Notes under the pieces: model-generated
Database searches by the model: none
Told to the model about the DNA's origin: nothing
The model's input: the letters and a program-made list of their open reading frames with translations, nothing else
Source: Psammoneis japonica
Taxonomy: Eukaryota
NCBI GenBank assembly: GCA_008632985.1
Contig: QPGO01000045.1
Location: forward strand, 1 to 64,000
Direction: 5' to 3'
DNA length: 64,000 nt
Shown here: positions 1-12,702 of the stretch, piece after piece
How positions within the stretch are numbered: position 1 is the first letter of the stretch
How the letters are laid out: each line of letters begins with the position of its first letter
Made by a program: the position numbers and the translations under genes

Positions 1-308
1 TAGTTGCTTGTTGCTCACATTGGTCCTGTTGCTGCCTGTTTCCGCGCTGACGAAAACTTGGGATGCGTTGTCCCGCCGATGACGTCACCTCACATCTCGT
101 CTGGCCGATGTTCGCGATCGATCATCCTTCCGGCGCGCGTACGTGCGTCAACCGCAACATGATGTTGTGACGTGACGTTGATGGCGGATGGACAGTAATG
201 AGAACTCTGTACTCTTTCTACGCAGAAACACGTGTGGCCGCGGCATCACCCGCCCTTTTTTCAAATCGTCACTCGTCACACATCTTTCGTGACAACATTC
301 GATTGACC

Positions 309-1142
309 ATGAAGTTCGCTCCAGGTGCTTTCTCGTTTCTTGCTCTGAGCGCATCGTCTGCGTCGGGCTTGATCTCTCGCAGTGTGACCCCTGCTGTTTA
401 CAGGGCTCAACAGAGGACGTTTGCCGCTGCAGCTCTCTTTTCGGTACAAACCGAGGTCAGCGGTGAGGTTGCTACAGAATCCTTTCGCCTGAACTTCAAG
501 GGAGAAAAGGGCCCAATTTCGCCCTGGCATGACATCCCTCTCAAGGGAAGTGGCGATTCGTTCAATATGGTTGTAGAAATTCCTAAAATGAGCAAAGCAA
601 AGATGGAAGTTGCCACGAAGGAGGAAAGCAACCCGATCGCTCAGGATATTAAGAAAGGCAATCTCCGTGACTATCACGGACCAATTTTCTGGAACTATGG
701 CTGCTTGCCACAGACCTGGGAGGATCCTAATGAGGAACACCCAGAACTCAAAGTATTTGGCGACGATGATCCGATCGATGTTGTGGAGATTGGAAGCAAG
801 ACGCTTGACATGGGCTCAGTCACTGAAGTTAAGCCTCTTGGCGTCTTGGCAATGATTGATGACGGAGAATTGGACTGGAAGGTTGTTGCTATCTCTAAGG
901 ACGACCCTTTGGCAGAGGAGTACAACGACATTGATGATGTCCCTGAGTCTGTCTTGGCTGGAATCCGTGAATGGTTTCGCTGGTACAAGACGCCCGATGA
1001 CAAACCGCTCAATGGCTTCGGATTTGACGAGAAGTTCCTTGACGCCGCCGAGGCCAAAAAGGTAATCGAGGAAACCCACGAGGCATGGAAGAAGCTCAAG
1101 TCGGGCGAAACGGAAGCCGGAAAACTGTGGACTGGAAACTAG
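309..1142 (+). CDS. PPA: Soluble inorganic pyrophosphatase (family I), probably organelle-targeted
   Basis: Motifs ISPWHDIPL, VEIPK, WNYGCLPQTWED, DDDPIDVVEIG, MIDDGELDWK; ATG at 309 followed by a signal/transit-like leader. Confidence 0.93.
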   Translation: MKFAPGAFSFLALSASSASGLISRSVTPAVYRAQQRTFAAAALFSVQTEVSGEVATESFRLNFKGEKGPISPWHDIPLKGSGDSFNMVVEIPKMSKAKMEVATKEESNPIAQDIKKGNLRDYHGPIFWNYGCLPQTWEDPNEEHPELKVFGDDDPIDVVEIGSKTLDMGSVTEVKPLGVLAMIDDGELDWKVVAISKDDPLAEEYNDIDDVPESVLAGIREWFRWYKTPDDKPLNGFGFDEKFLDAAEAKKVIEETHEAWKKLKSGETEAGKLWTGN

Positions 1143-1539
1143 GAAGTAAACTAGATGGACGCTAACACACACAAAGAATGCTTACCATAGACTGATAAGT
1201 CTTCCCATTTTCTGATGTCATTTTTCCTGAAAAGTTTCATTTTCTCCTCCTTTACAGGTGGCTCTTGTTCGGTTCCCCTAGTCTGTGGTCTGAGTCTCAG
1301 CCGCTCACAATTTACAATGTCGCATCAGTCTTCCGAAAAATTAGGGCGGCGGACTACCTAAGAAGGTCAGGTCGGACGGACAGCAGCGCATCGGAACGAC
1401 GGACCGCACCAGCGGAATGACAATGACATGAGGAGTCGTTCCACAATTTGTATAATTGTTCCGAATGAGCGATAACATCTTTTGGATGAGCCATGTCCCA
1501 TTGTGAGTTGAGGTGTGCGGAGTTAGCTGCGAAGTGAAA

Positions 1540-3170
1540 ACCAAGATTCCATCTGAATCCATGATGACCCCAGTGAATGTCTCCCATTTGGTGATTGGGG
1601 CAGCTGTGCTCTCTGCTGCTCTGTCAGTTTCCTAGAGAGGGCCCCAATGGAGAGAAAAGCAGACCTCCGGCTGCTGTGCTGCCCTGGAGTCACCTGCTGG
1701 TGCAGACTCCCGATGTCAGAGCCACCCACTGGCAGCNNNNNNNNNNNNNNNNNNNNNNNNNNNNNNNNNNNNNNNNNNNNNNNNNNNNNNNNNNNNNNNN
1801 NNNNNNNNNNNNNNNNNNNNNNNNNNNNNNNNNNNNNNNNNNNNNNNNNNNNNNNNNNNNNNNNNNNNNNNNNNNNNNNNNNNNNNNNNNNNNNNNNNNN
1901 NNNNNNNNNNNNNNNNNNNNNNNNNNNNNNNNNNNNNNNNNNNNNNNNNNNNNNNNNNNNNNNNNNNNNNNNNNNNNNNNNNNNNNNNNNNNNNNNNNNN
2001 NNNNNNNNNNNNNNNNNNNNNNNNNNNNNNNNNNNNNNNNNNNNNNNNNNNNNNNNNNNNNNNNNNNNNNNNNNNNNNNNNNNNNNNNNNNNNNNNNNNN
2101 NNNNNNNNNNNNNNNNNNNNNNNNNNNNNNNNNNNNNNNNNNNNNNNNNNNNNNNNNNNNNNNNNNNNNNNNNNNNNNNNNNNNNNNNNNNNNNNNNNNN
2201 NNNNNNNNNNNNNNNNNNNNNNNNNNNNNNNNNNNNNNNNNNNNNNNNNNNNNNNNNNNNNNNNNNNNNNNNNNNNNNNNNNNNNNNNNNNNNNNNNNNN
2301 NNNNGGGTGCACACTTGCCTTTCGATTTTCGAAACGATCAAAATTGAAGGAGTTCAATGCACCAAACTGCGCAGAAAATCGGCCTCTCACGTGATGAAAA
2401 GCGGAGCACCTGGAGCTGGAACACAGGCCGCATGGATCAGCATTTTTGCACAAGATTTGGTGTAAATTCCATGTGAGAGCAATGCTTCCTTCAACATCCT
2501 TCTCGTCACATCATCAAGGCTCCCTGTTTCAAACCTGCAAGTCTTCATCTTCTCCCTGCTGGCCTGCCAACTTGCTGCTCTGAGTGGCGAATGGTTTGTT
2601 TTTGTTCCGGCACTTGCAAATGTGAAAACCCAGCCAGTCTTTGTTGAAGACAAGACTTGCTCTTGGAAGCAAGGCATTTCTTTTAGAGTTCTTGTGCTGG
2701 CTTTGTGTTCTCTTCTCAGCACGATTGTCATTTGCTGTGGCAGTTTGGGTGCTCTGCACATTCTCTCCAAAAAAGCAACAATCTCATTTCTGTGCAATTT
2801 CATCTCAGCCAGTTGTCTCCGGTGTGCACCACTGCAAAACGGCACACCAGGACCAATCATGTGCACTTCTGCTGCACCCCCAGCAGGGTGCACCTGATGT
2901 GTGGGGGTTGTGGCCTGTGCCGGTGTTGCTGGGCAAAGGTGCCACGGCACTCAAAACCAGGTTTGAGTTTTTTTTTCACCTGCCAGTGCAGTGCCTCTCC
3001 ACCAGCAGTGCGTGGAGACTGGCAGTGAATCGATCCTCGTCTTGCCGCGTCACAAAAAAAAGGTGTCCATGGGTCCCCATTGGTGTTGTGGCAGAGGACT
3101 CAGTGCTAACTGCCAAACTGTGCTGAGCAACCCCACAGCACCTGCAATGTCACTGTATCCAGCAAAAGTC
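1540..3170. repeat. TpA-depleted, TG/CA-rich degenerate repeat island spanning an assembly gap
   Basis: Only a few TA dinucleotides, no credible ORF, same composition as the transposon cluster; boundaries approximate. Confidence 0.6.
1737..2304. other. Assembly gap (N run)
   Basis: Continuous n characters. Confidence 1.
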
Positions 3171-3655
3171 ACAACGGAGATAACCTCCACACCCAAATTT
3201 GCAAATCGATAAGTTAATTAGGTGTAATGACTTCCCGCCAAGTATTTATGAAAGGTACGTCCGTTGCACATATTCTGTGCAATACTAAAACCTTGCATTT
3301 AACAGCTGTATCGTGATAATTGAGTCATATCAAACTCTACATGTATGTAGTGACGATCCAAGATTGGCCAAAAATTCGCCACAATTTGGTCCTAAAAGGT
3401 ATCCTTTCGATATCACTGACACCACGTGCGCTTACCGGTAGTTCACGTCCCCCCCTTCCCTCATTCATTGTTTGGACCACAAAGAACTTGTCTGCCTCGT
3501 GTTCAAAGGTCTGGTTCTAGAGAGGTGAAGTAGTTGAACAGTGTATGGGACTTCATTCGACAAGCGTGAGTATGTGGAAGGCGCGTCGATGTACTTTTGT
3601 TGTTGACAAAGACCGACTTTTGACCTTGTCTTGTTTCCCACGATTGCTTTACCAG

Positions 3656-5798
3656 ATGCGACTCTCTCGTAGCAAGATGCCAGACCTTATTGCTGTCGTT
3701 GGGCTTAGCCTGTTGATGATAAAGAATAATGCAAGCGCCGTGGATCCTGAAGCAGACAGAATCAATTCGCCCAACAAGAGAATCCGGAGGGCCGTGAAAG
3801 TTGAGCCTGAAGCTTCGGCGAAAGAACTAAGTGCTATGTGGACAAATAATGAGCGCGCTGATCAAGAATGGATGAGACTTCTGGATGAGGATGTTTCCTC
3901 GTTGAGCCTTTCGCTCAGTTTTGTGGACCCCCCAGCCCCGTCTCCGACTGCTCCTACACCACCCTCTGCCACGCCGCCGACTCCTTCCGGACCGCCGCAG
4001 GAACTCCAAGTCCTCCACCTCCTCCTACACCGCCAACTCCTTCTGGGCCGCCGTCGGGAACTCCAAGTCCTCCACCACCTCCTACACCGCCAACTCCTTC
4101 TGGACCGCCGTCCGGAACTCCAAGTCCTCCAACGCCCCCTGGGCCCTCCCCTGCCACGCCGACTCCTTCCGGACCGCCATCGGAGCCTCCAACCACCCCT
4201 GGGCCACCTCCTGGTACGCCGCAAAACCCGCTGGGCTCTCCTCCGTCCTCTACCGAGCCGCCCTCTACAGCGCCACCGACTGCTGCCCAGTTTTTTGCAA
4301 ATCCGACTTCCGTTTCTCCGCCTACACCTGTCGCTGTGCCAACTTCCATCTCGTTTCCTATCGTTCTCCCCGTGGTTGATGTAGAGGCGTCATCGGTAGC
4401 GACACAGAGTACCCGTAGCTCCCTGCTGCCTGAATTTGCTGTTGATCGGGACTACACAACTAGGTGGGCTTCCGAGGCCACTGATGATGAGTGGATTTAT
4501 GTTCGTCTAGCAGCAAAGTATGTTCTCCAGCAGGTGTTCCTGTTTTGGGAGGCATACGGATCTGTTTATGACATCCAAACATCCAATGATGGCTCTATCT
4601 GGACGACGCGTATATCTGTAACTGACGGACAGGGAGGGACTGAAGTTTTCGACTTACCCTATGTTGAAGCTGAGTATGTTCGCATGTGAGTTAGTATGAA
4701 CGAAATGGTGATGCTGCAATGGCAGAATAGAAAACTAACAAGATTTTCTGTTTTGCAGGAGAGGCATCCAGCGCGGCACAGCGTCTGGATATAGTCTGTT
4801 CGAGTTTGAAGTTGCAGGCACAGCACTCCCGCCTTCTCCACCACCTCCTACTCCCATGCCAACGTTTGCACCTGTTACCGTAGAGCAGCTCGAGATTGTC
4901 GAAACGGCGGCTTCTGGCGTGGAAACGCAGAACCCCACATTTGTAGCTAACAACGCAATTGACGGAGATTATAGCACACGGTAAGTAGGGCGTGTTGCGG
5001 GCTGCATCAATCTATGAATGTGTTTATGTGTCCCGTTTACTGAAACGATTTTATGCGTCTCGCGCACACAGATGGGCTTCTGAGCGTACTGACGATCAAT
5101 GGATTTACTTCAAGCTGAGGGAAATATCGATTATTTCAAGAGTAGACCTCTTTTGGGAAGCATGGGGAGAAGAGTATGATATCCAGACTTCCTTTGACGG
5201 TGAATCCTGGACGACGCGCATATCTCAGCGCGATGGTGTGGGTGGTAATGAAACAATTGACGTAATTGAGATAACCCAGTATGTTCGAATGCGGGGATTG
5301 AAAAGAGGTACAAGATTTGGGTACTCTTTGTGGGAAGCCGAAATCTACGGTTTCGTTTCCGAGGATGTTACGCCACCACCCACACCCGTGGTTCCGGAAA
5401 TACTTGAGACAGTCGCGGCGACGGCATCCTCCGTTGACCCGCAAGATCCGACTCTTGTGGCGGCCAACGTTATTGATGGCGACTTGTCAACTCGGTGGGC
5501 TAGTTTGAGGAACAACGAAGACGAATGGATCTACGTAGAACTCCAGAGTAGGTCCTTGGTGACACGCGTCGACCTCTACTGGGAGGCCGCGTACGGAGAG
5601 GAATACGATATCCAAGTGTCCGATGATGCCTCTTCCTGGAATACTGTGTTTTCACAGACGGGAGGAGTTGGAGGGAATGAGTCGCTTGTCCTCAGCTCCC
5701 CCGAGGAAGCAAACTACGTGAGAATGCAGGGAGTGAAGCGGGGCTTTAGATACGGGTACAGTTTGTACGAAATGGTCGTTTGGGGTGCTTTATCATGA
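3656..5798 (+). CDS. Secreted Pro/Thr/Ser-rich protein with three F5/8 type C (discoidin/CBM32-like) domains; apparent 1-bp frameshift near 3997
   Basis: Hydrophobic leader, PTPPTPSGPPSGTPSP repeats, three copies of (A)xDGD..TRWAS..D.WIY...WE..Y.IQ.S..YVRM.G..RG...GYSL.E; GT-AG introns 4686-4758 and 4981-5071 restore the frame. Confidence 0.8.
3945..4270 (+). repeat. Coding tandem repeat (about 57-60 bp units) encoding a Pro-rich linker
   Basis: Repeated ccgccaactccttctgg-ccgccgtc-ggaactccaagtcctcca units. Confidence 0.85.
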
Positions 5799-7332
5799 GG
5801 CCCAGAACGAGAAGGATTTGTTCTGTGTTGCATGCGATTAGTAGTAGCTGAATAATTCTGAATTTAGTTAGATGCCTGAGTAAGATTTGTGGTAACAGAT
5901 GAATTGAGAGAAACGACATGAAGCAGAAAGCGAAACAGTTAGCAGGGGCAAAGACGATATTCTTTCTCGAACGTGTAACAAGTGTAAGGCCCTAGTCACT
6001 TCTCACGTCACACCATCGTCACGGGAAACCTTTTGTCAAGGGCTGTGTTTTCTCTTGGCAGTCATTGAGGATCCTTCGTGTAGTCGCAAAATCCTCTTTG
6101 ACTCGACACCCACTCTTTCTTTTGTGGATGTTTCAGAATTGTGTCATTTTGAGTTAGTTTTCATCAGAAAGCCAGAAGGCCTTCTTTTTCATGGATGCTC
6201 AAAGGACAAAACTCTGATGCCATTGCTAATCATGTCAATGTCAGCACAAGTGCCATATTGGTGGACTCACATTAGTTTGTTCATCTCCGTTTCTCTCTAG
6301 AAGAGCTTTCGTTACGTTTCCAGCGGGAGATGCAGTGCGCATTTGAGCTGAGCTTGGGATTCTGAGTCTCGCAGGCAGTATCACATATAAGACGTGGACA
6401 TAGAGCGCTCCAAGGAGCGCTTTCCTCTCATCTTAAACACTGTCCCAATAGCTGTTCGACGGGCGAGAATTCATCGTCGCCACCTGCCACGACACTGTGA
6501 TCAAGATGGTTCAAAACAAATCACAAAGGTGCATGGCAGGATTGCACAATGAAGTCACCGTCGCCACCTCGACGTGTTGGAATACATGGAACATCGCGAC
6601 GCAAGAACGCCTCAAGAACTACCTCAAGAACTAGTACCCTTCGACAAGCCGATGGATCACTTTTCACTTGTCAGATCTTTTCGGATGGCTCAAACTCTTC
6701 TATAAGATTTCCACTGTATAAGCACCAAAATGGATAATGTCCTTGGAGCGCACAATCAGACTCACTACGGTACCCAAGTGTCGTGCCTTCATTTTTGCGT
6801 CATGGTAGTCCGAGAGCAGAGTCCCGTTTGTTTGCCTTGTAGAGGTTTCTGCTCCTTTTCAAAGGCGCCTGCAGTTGATAATATATAGATCACGACATAG
6901 CTTTGAGCTCTCACGCAGAGAATGACAGAATCCATCGAATTCTGTACCTTCCTCGAAATGTAACTCTTTTGAAAGGTGGTCGACCCATGAGAGCAAGCCC
7001 AGAGACAGGAAAACCACGACATTCTCGAAATGTATTCTCGTTTTTCCACCGGTCTTGAGCAGCCAAGCCGAAGCGAATGTAGATTGTATGTACCGGCTCA
7101 TTGCTCATTGCCATTGACATTGAACATGAGCGAGACGATACTGGATACTGTACGATGTACGATGAAGACGCGATGATCGTCTGATCGCATTTTCTGTTGT
7201 TTTTGCTGATTTTGAGTTTTTCGGATTTCTGCACAATTTTTGAGTTTTGCGTTGTTACACACCTCATCGCACTCCTTGTTTCTTGTGGCCTGTGTTGTTG
7301 GCGCTGCAAGGAGTCGCAAGTCCCTCCCAAAC

Positions 7333-8685
7333 ATGGCATGGTTATTATTGCATCTCTTTTGTGTCTTGAATACGCTGTCTGTAGCTGTTTGGGGTAGTGA
7401 CGGCCATAGGTCTCTTTCAGGATATCCGTGGATCACGGGTGTAAGCAAAGCCAACAACCAGAGAAGATACCACCGTGCCGACCCATTGTTGCGGAAAGAA
7501 GCCTTATTGTCAGACGACGATGGGGACGACTTGTTAGACTCGGATGCTCTTGGCAGTACTGAAGAGTTAATTTTTGGTATAGGAGAAGGACGAAAAGATG
7601 CCAGCAGGTCATCAAAGGAACAAGCTAGAAGAAACATGTTTGAAGTGCAGCCTCAACTCTCCGACAATTACGCGACAAGTTTCGAAGAATCGTCGTCGTC
7701 AGTTCCTCAAAGTTCATGGTTTCGACAGCCAATACATCCTGGAAGTAATCTTGATGCTGCATTGCCAGAAAAGTACAAAACGTTCAAATCAGGCGCTCCC
7801 ATTGACAAGGCTCGACTACGTTCAACTGGAACCACCATTGTAGGATGCTTGGTGAACGGGTGCGTCGTGCTTGGAGCCGACACTCGTGCTACAGACGATC
7901 GAATGGTAGCTGACAAGCGTTGTGAAAAAGTTCATTGCATCTCCTCCAATGTCTGGTGTTGCGGAGCTGGAACATCTGCCGATCTGGATGCTCTCGTAAG
8001 AAAGGTTCGATATTCGTTGGCACTTCAAAACATGCATTCGGAATCCATTGGAAACCGGGATACTTCTACCGAATCGGCTGACCTATTTGACTCACAACAA
8101 CAACCGGCTAGTGGAATTTTTACCAGCAAATCGAGTGTATCATTGGTTTGCCGATTGCTTCGTGATACTCTCTACTCGGCAGGCGGTTCGGTCGGCGCCA
8201 ATCTTGTGTTGGGGGGATACGACCATGACACTGCTCGGCCTGTTTTGGTTGCCATTCATCCTCATGGAAGTATGGATGTGGTACCTTATTCAGCATTGGG
8301 GTCCGGTGGATTAGCTGCCATGGGAGTTCTAGAAAGCCGCTATCATGAAAACCTTTCGTTGGACGAGGGTATTGCGTTGGTGCAAGATGCGGTCAAGGCG
8401 GGCATTGACAATGATCTAGGAAGTGGAAGTCAGATTGATTTGGTCATCATCGGTCCACATGGAGCTAATTATACCAAGGGTGTCGTCCCTGAAGAAGTAC
8501 TCGAGAGTTATCGCACTACGTCCCAGCCATCAGTGCTGGATACCACATTGGAACAATACTCAAAAGGCGTCAACGGATTTGGCAACCTTCCATATACAGT
8601 GCAGTCAACTCGAGTAATGCTTCGTAGCCAAGAATATGAGGACGAGAAGGAGCAGTTGACTTGGAAAGATATCTTGGGACTGTAA
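7333..8685 (+). CDS. PSMB7: 20S proteasome beta-2 type subunit with long N-terminal extension
   Basis: STG|TTIVG, LGADTRAT, VADKRCEK, CCGAGTSAD, HPHGS, LGSGGLAAM, DNDLGSGSQID. Confidence 0.88.
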   Translation: MAWLLLHLFCVLNTLSVAVWGSDGHRSLSGYPWITGVSKANNQRRYHRADPLLRKEALLSDDDGDDLLDSDALGSTEELIFGIGEGRKDASRSSKEQARRNMFEVQPQLSDNYATSFEESSSSVPQSSWFRQPIHPGSNLDAALPEKYKTFKSGAPIDKARLRSTGTTIVGCLVNGCVVLGADTRATDDRMVADKRCEKVHCISSNVWCCGAGTSADLDALVRKVRYSLALQNMHSESIGNRDTSTESADLFDSQQQPASGIFTSKSSVSLVCRLLRDTLYSAGGSVGANLVLGGYDHDTARPVLVAIHPHGSMDVVPYSALGSGGLAAMGVLESRYHENLSLDEGIALVQDAVKAGIDNDLGSGSQIDLVIIGPHGANYTKGVVPEEVLESYRTTSQPSVLDTTLEQYSKGVNGFGNLPYTVQSTRVMLRSQEYEDEKEQLTWKDILGL

Positions 8686-8914
8686 ATATCCAATGATACC
8701 TGCAATATCGGCAAGGATGTTGAGCTCGTTTGTAGAGGATATAGTTGCTAGGTGCTGCACGTAAATGGAATGCCGCAGTACCCTACAGTCAGCGCAAGGT
8801 ATGCGTGCTTAGATTGTTTTAATTAATCAACAAAAACCATAGCATAAAGACTGGTAGACGATGATACGAGAGGAATTATAAAAGCTCCTGCCTAATACCT
8901 TTACTCCAAGAAGC

Positions 8915-9607
8915 TTAGAAATAGATCTGCATAGAGGGACCCATCGTGCTCTTGATGTAAATGCATCCAATGTTCTGCCACTGCTTCTTGAGAAGACTGG
9001 CTAGGAAGTTAGCAGCCAACTGGGTGTTGACGACAATCTGCTGCTTATCCATGGACACGTTTCCAACAGAAACATTAAGGCACATAACCTTTTTCATCTG
9101 GAACTTGATGGTCGAGCGGACTTCATCAACCTTCTCCTGCATATCATCACTCGAAGACAAAAGAGTAGGGAACTTTCCTGCCTTGGTGAGACCGGGTCCC
9201 AAAAGACGAGGGATCTGCTTGATCAAGTTGTCAGAGGCGATGAAGAAATCGTACTTCTTGGCGAGTTTCTTGACAAGCTTCTTGTTCTTGTTAAGCTTCT
9301 TGAGGTCCTCCACACTCATGTGAGCGAGGCCGATACGGTCAGCCTGTTCACAATGCGCAGCGTTTCCCAAAACACAGCACTTGAGGTTAGGACGAGGCAC
9401 AGAAGGAAGCTTGAAGGTTCCAGAGAAACGCTTATCACGGACGGGATCGTAGTTCTTGAGCGAGATCTGGCATTCAATAGTCTCGACAAAGTTACGCTTC
9501 TTGCCTTGGAGTTCCTCGCCACTCTTGGTAATGGTCTCACCACTGGAGTAGGCAAGGATATCCGTAATGGCCTTGTCGAGAAGTTGGGAGTTGAGCTTGT
9601 TGGACAT
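8915..9607 (-). CDS. RPL10A: 60S ribosomal protein L10a (uL1)
   Basis: [59 protein letters not shown]. Confidence 0.97.
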   Translation of the reverse strand: MSNKLNSQLLDKAITDILAYSSGETITKSGEELQGKKRNFVETIECQISLKNYDPVRDKRFSGTFKLPSVPRPNLKCCVLGNAAHCEQADRIGLAHMSVEDLKKLNKNKKLVKKLAKKYDFFIASDNLIKQIPRLLGPGLTKAGKFPTLLSSSDDMQEKVDEVRSTIKFQMKKVMCLNVSVGNVSMDKQQIVVNTQLAANFLASLLKKQWQNIGCIYIKSTMGPSMQIYF

Positions 9608-10302
9608 GATTAGACTAGATAGACCTCAACCGAGTAATGACGGGACGAGACTGATTCTCTGTAAAGGGAATTTAAAACAGTTTGCGACAATTTGATTAGT
9701 AAAAGATGGAAATCAACCGAATAAGATGAGGGGAAGAACATCATCACGATTCTCTGCCGCAAAAATGTGAGGGCAGGTTGGTCAGTTACCGCATACTACA
9801 ACACGTAGGCTATCGTATAAAACTACCGTAGGCAAGTAGAGACGACCGATAAAAATTCGTCTCCCTCCGATCCACCATGCTGATCTTCAAGATCTCATGC
9901 ATCGTTCGACATCAAATTACCCTCTTCCTTCCGTTACCATGTTCATTTACGAAGCACACGGCGCAATCAAGTTTTATCACGCCACACAATGGTGCGACGC
10001 TATGACAACCACATGGTCGATTGCTCTCACCTTCTCGCGTTGAAAAGTGAGCGGTGGAGGTGGGGGACGCCGATGACGCGACGGGCGAATGACGGATCGG
10101 AAGCTCCTGTCGCGCGTTTTCCATCTTCGCGCAATTTTCGCGCGACAATCCGAACCCTGGTGTCAAGACGTGTCAGTCTTGTGTCAGTCACGTCATTCAA
10201 CACGACTTCCCAGAACTTCCAACTCACAAAATTCTCAAAAGCGAACACCAAACCGCAATCTGAACTCGACCTGCAGTATCAAGAGCCTTTACTTATCTGA
10301 AA

Positions 10303-12558
10303 ATGCCTCCCAACAAAGCAGATTCATCTATTTTCAGTATGCGGAGGAGACCGTCATCTCACGTTTCCGGAGTCCCAACAGACGGCACTGGATCGGTTCG
10401 ATTTGCTCCAGAAGCAAGAAGCCTTGTCGATGTTGATTTGGAACAGCAGCCGAGCAACGCCGAACAGGAAGAGGAAGAGCAGGAGAACAGCATCCACACG
10501 GAACACCAGTCAGTTCTATCTGGCCCCAAGGAATTCCATGAATCAAAGCCTGCTCCACCGGAATTCCTGATTGATAACATTGCGAGCATTCAAGCGGAGG
10601 AGGAAGAAATCGAAGAGCCGGTTACATGGAAAGACGTCATGACGACTTGCTGTTGTCATACCCGTGCCGAGTGGATGCGGATCGGCTTCCTTGTGATCAT
10701 ATTACTATTTCTTCTGTACTGCTTTTTGATTGGACTCGAACTCCTCAGTCGAAGCTTTCGCGTGGTTGGCGGTTGCACCGCAGAGTCCTTGTTGGGATCC
10801 GAGGGGAATCCCATTGGTTCGCTAATGGTGGGTATACTCGTCACGGCAGTACTTCAGTCATCATCAACCACTACTGCCATTGTAGTATCACTTGTCAGCG
10901 GAGGACTCGATGTGCAGACAGCTATTTACATTGTTAGTAAGTTCTCGTTGTGGCGTCGTGTCGTGATGGGTTGAAAAAATGTTCTTCAGTACTGACCTAA
11001 ACTCTTTTCGCACTAATTGTTGCATGATCTAGTGGGAGCAAACATTGGAACAGCCGTTACGGCTTTGTTTGTTTCACTTGCTCATTCAGGCGAAATTGAT
11101 GAGTTAGAACGAGCATTTGCTGGAGCCACGGTTGTTTGGGTCTTTAAGATCTTGACCGTCTGTGTTCTTTTCCCTCTCGAAATTACTGTTCAGTACCTAT
11201 ATAATCTTACCAAAACAATGCTTCCAGCTGACGTGGGAGAAGGAGAGAGCTGGGAAGGGCCAATCAAAAAGATTGTTGCACCGTTAGGCAACAAGATAAT
11301 CATTGCTAACAAGGCTATGATGGATGATATTGCAAGTAGCGGCGGAACGATTACCTGCAACGACTACTATCCTGTCGAATGCCAAGATGGCAAAGAGTCA
11401 TACACAACATGTGTTGCTGGACTAATTGGATGCGACTCCAAGACAAACAGCTGCCCGTTATTCTTTCGTGATGGGGCGACAAAGGATGACGATGTTCTGT
11501 CGGGTTGGGTTTGTCTCATCTTCGCTCTTGTTCTACTCATTCTATGCCTTATCGGACTTGTTTCACTTCTCCGATTCATGCTATTGGGCGCATCACAGCG
11601 CATCATTTACAAGGCTACCAACATCAATGGCTATCTAGCCATGTGTATCGGATGCGGGGCTACCATTTTGGTGCAGAGTTCGTCGATCGTCATCTCCACT
11701 CTCATTCCGCTTATTGGTATGGGTGTGCTAAGTCTGGAAAAGATGTATCCGCTGACACTAGGTGCCGATGTTGGAACTACCTTTACGGCTCTCATGGCGG
11801 CCATGGTATCAAACTCTGTTGACTCTTTGCAGGTAGCTCTTGTTCACTTATTCTTCAATGTGAATGGGATTCTCATGTGGTATCCCATACCATGCATGCG
11901 AAGGGTTCCATTGAAACTCGCTCGTCGACTCGGAAAGGCCAGTCGACTATGGCGGGGCTTTCCGCTGACGTTTCTTGTCATCTCCTTCTACGTGTTACCA
12001 CTCATTCTACTGTTGATAGCTATTTGTTTTGACCAAGGGACCACCGGCTTTACAGCTCTAGGGGTCTTTCTGGTCATTGCAATTGTCTCGGGAACGATTT
12101 ACTTCATTTTCTGGTGGAAGTGCCGATCTGGAAGCGAAAAGTGCCAATCGTGCTTGAGAGCCCGCCAACGACGAAAAGCGGCAGTCCAGAATCTCGCCGA
12201 TGATATGGATTATCTAAAGGTGGACATTGAATACGTGAAGAACGAGATTGGACGATTAAAGCAGTACGCTGGTATGCATCACGAAGTTCGATCAGCCCGT
12301 CCTAGTATGCACGATGGCAGTGTCTACACGCAAGAGCAAGAAGAAACCCTCTCCCTGTACGAAAGCTGCCGATCTGTAGCTTGGTCAAAAATTCTAATGG
12401 CAGCCGCTCGATCGTCAGCAGGGTCCGTCGATTGGTCTCGCCGCTCACCTCGAAGCACCATGCACACGTATAATAGCGGCACGCCAGCTTCAGTTGATAG
12501 CACCGCAACGCCGAGCAAACGGAACACCACAAAGCATTCGCGGATTCACTCCCGGTAG
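10303..12558 (+). CDS. SLC34: Sodium-dependent phosphate cotransporter (SLC34/NaPi-II family)
   Basis: QSSSTTT and MGANIGT (joined across intron 10937-11032), second repeat VQSSS...LTLGADVGTT; multiple TM helices. Confidence 0.92.
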
Positions 12559-12702
12559 ATAGGTGTGCCTCATTATTCTTACATACAGGCGTTGCGTCAA
12601 TTTTGCTTCCGCAAATTCAAGAGCGTCCAAAATGTTGCTCTCTTCGCTATCCGTAACGCCGCTACAAATTTACATAATCTCTATTTCTCGCTATCCTAAA
12701 TA

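Noticed and set aside
1523..2465. Long ORFs of 245-272 aa
   Set aside because: They only span the N gap.
5990..6600. Possible further TA-poor small element
   Set aside because: Depletion is mild and no termini or second copy could be identified.
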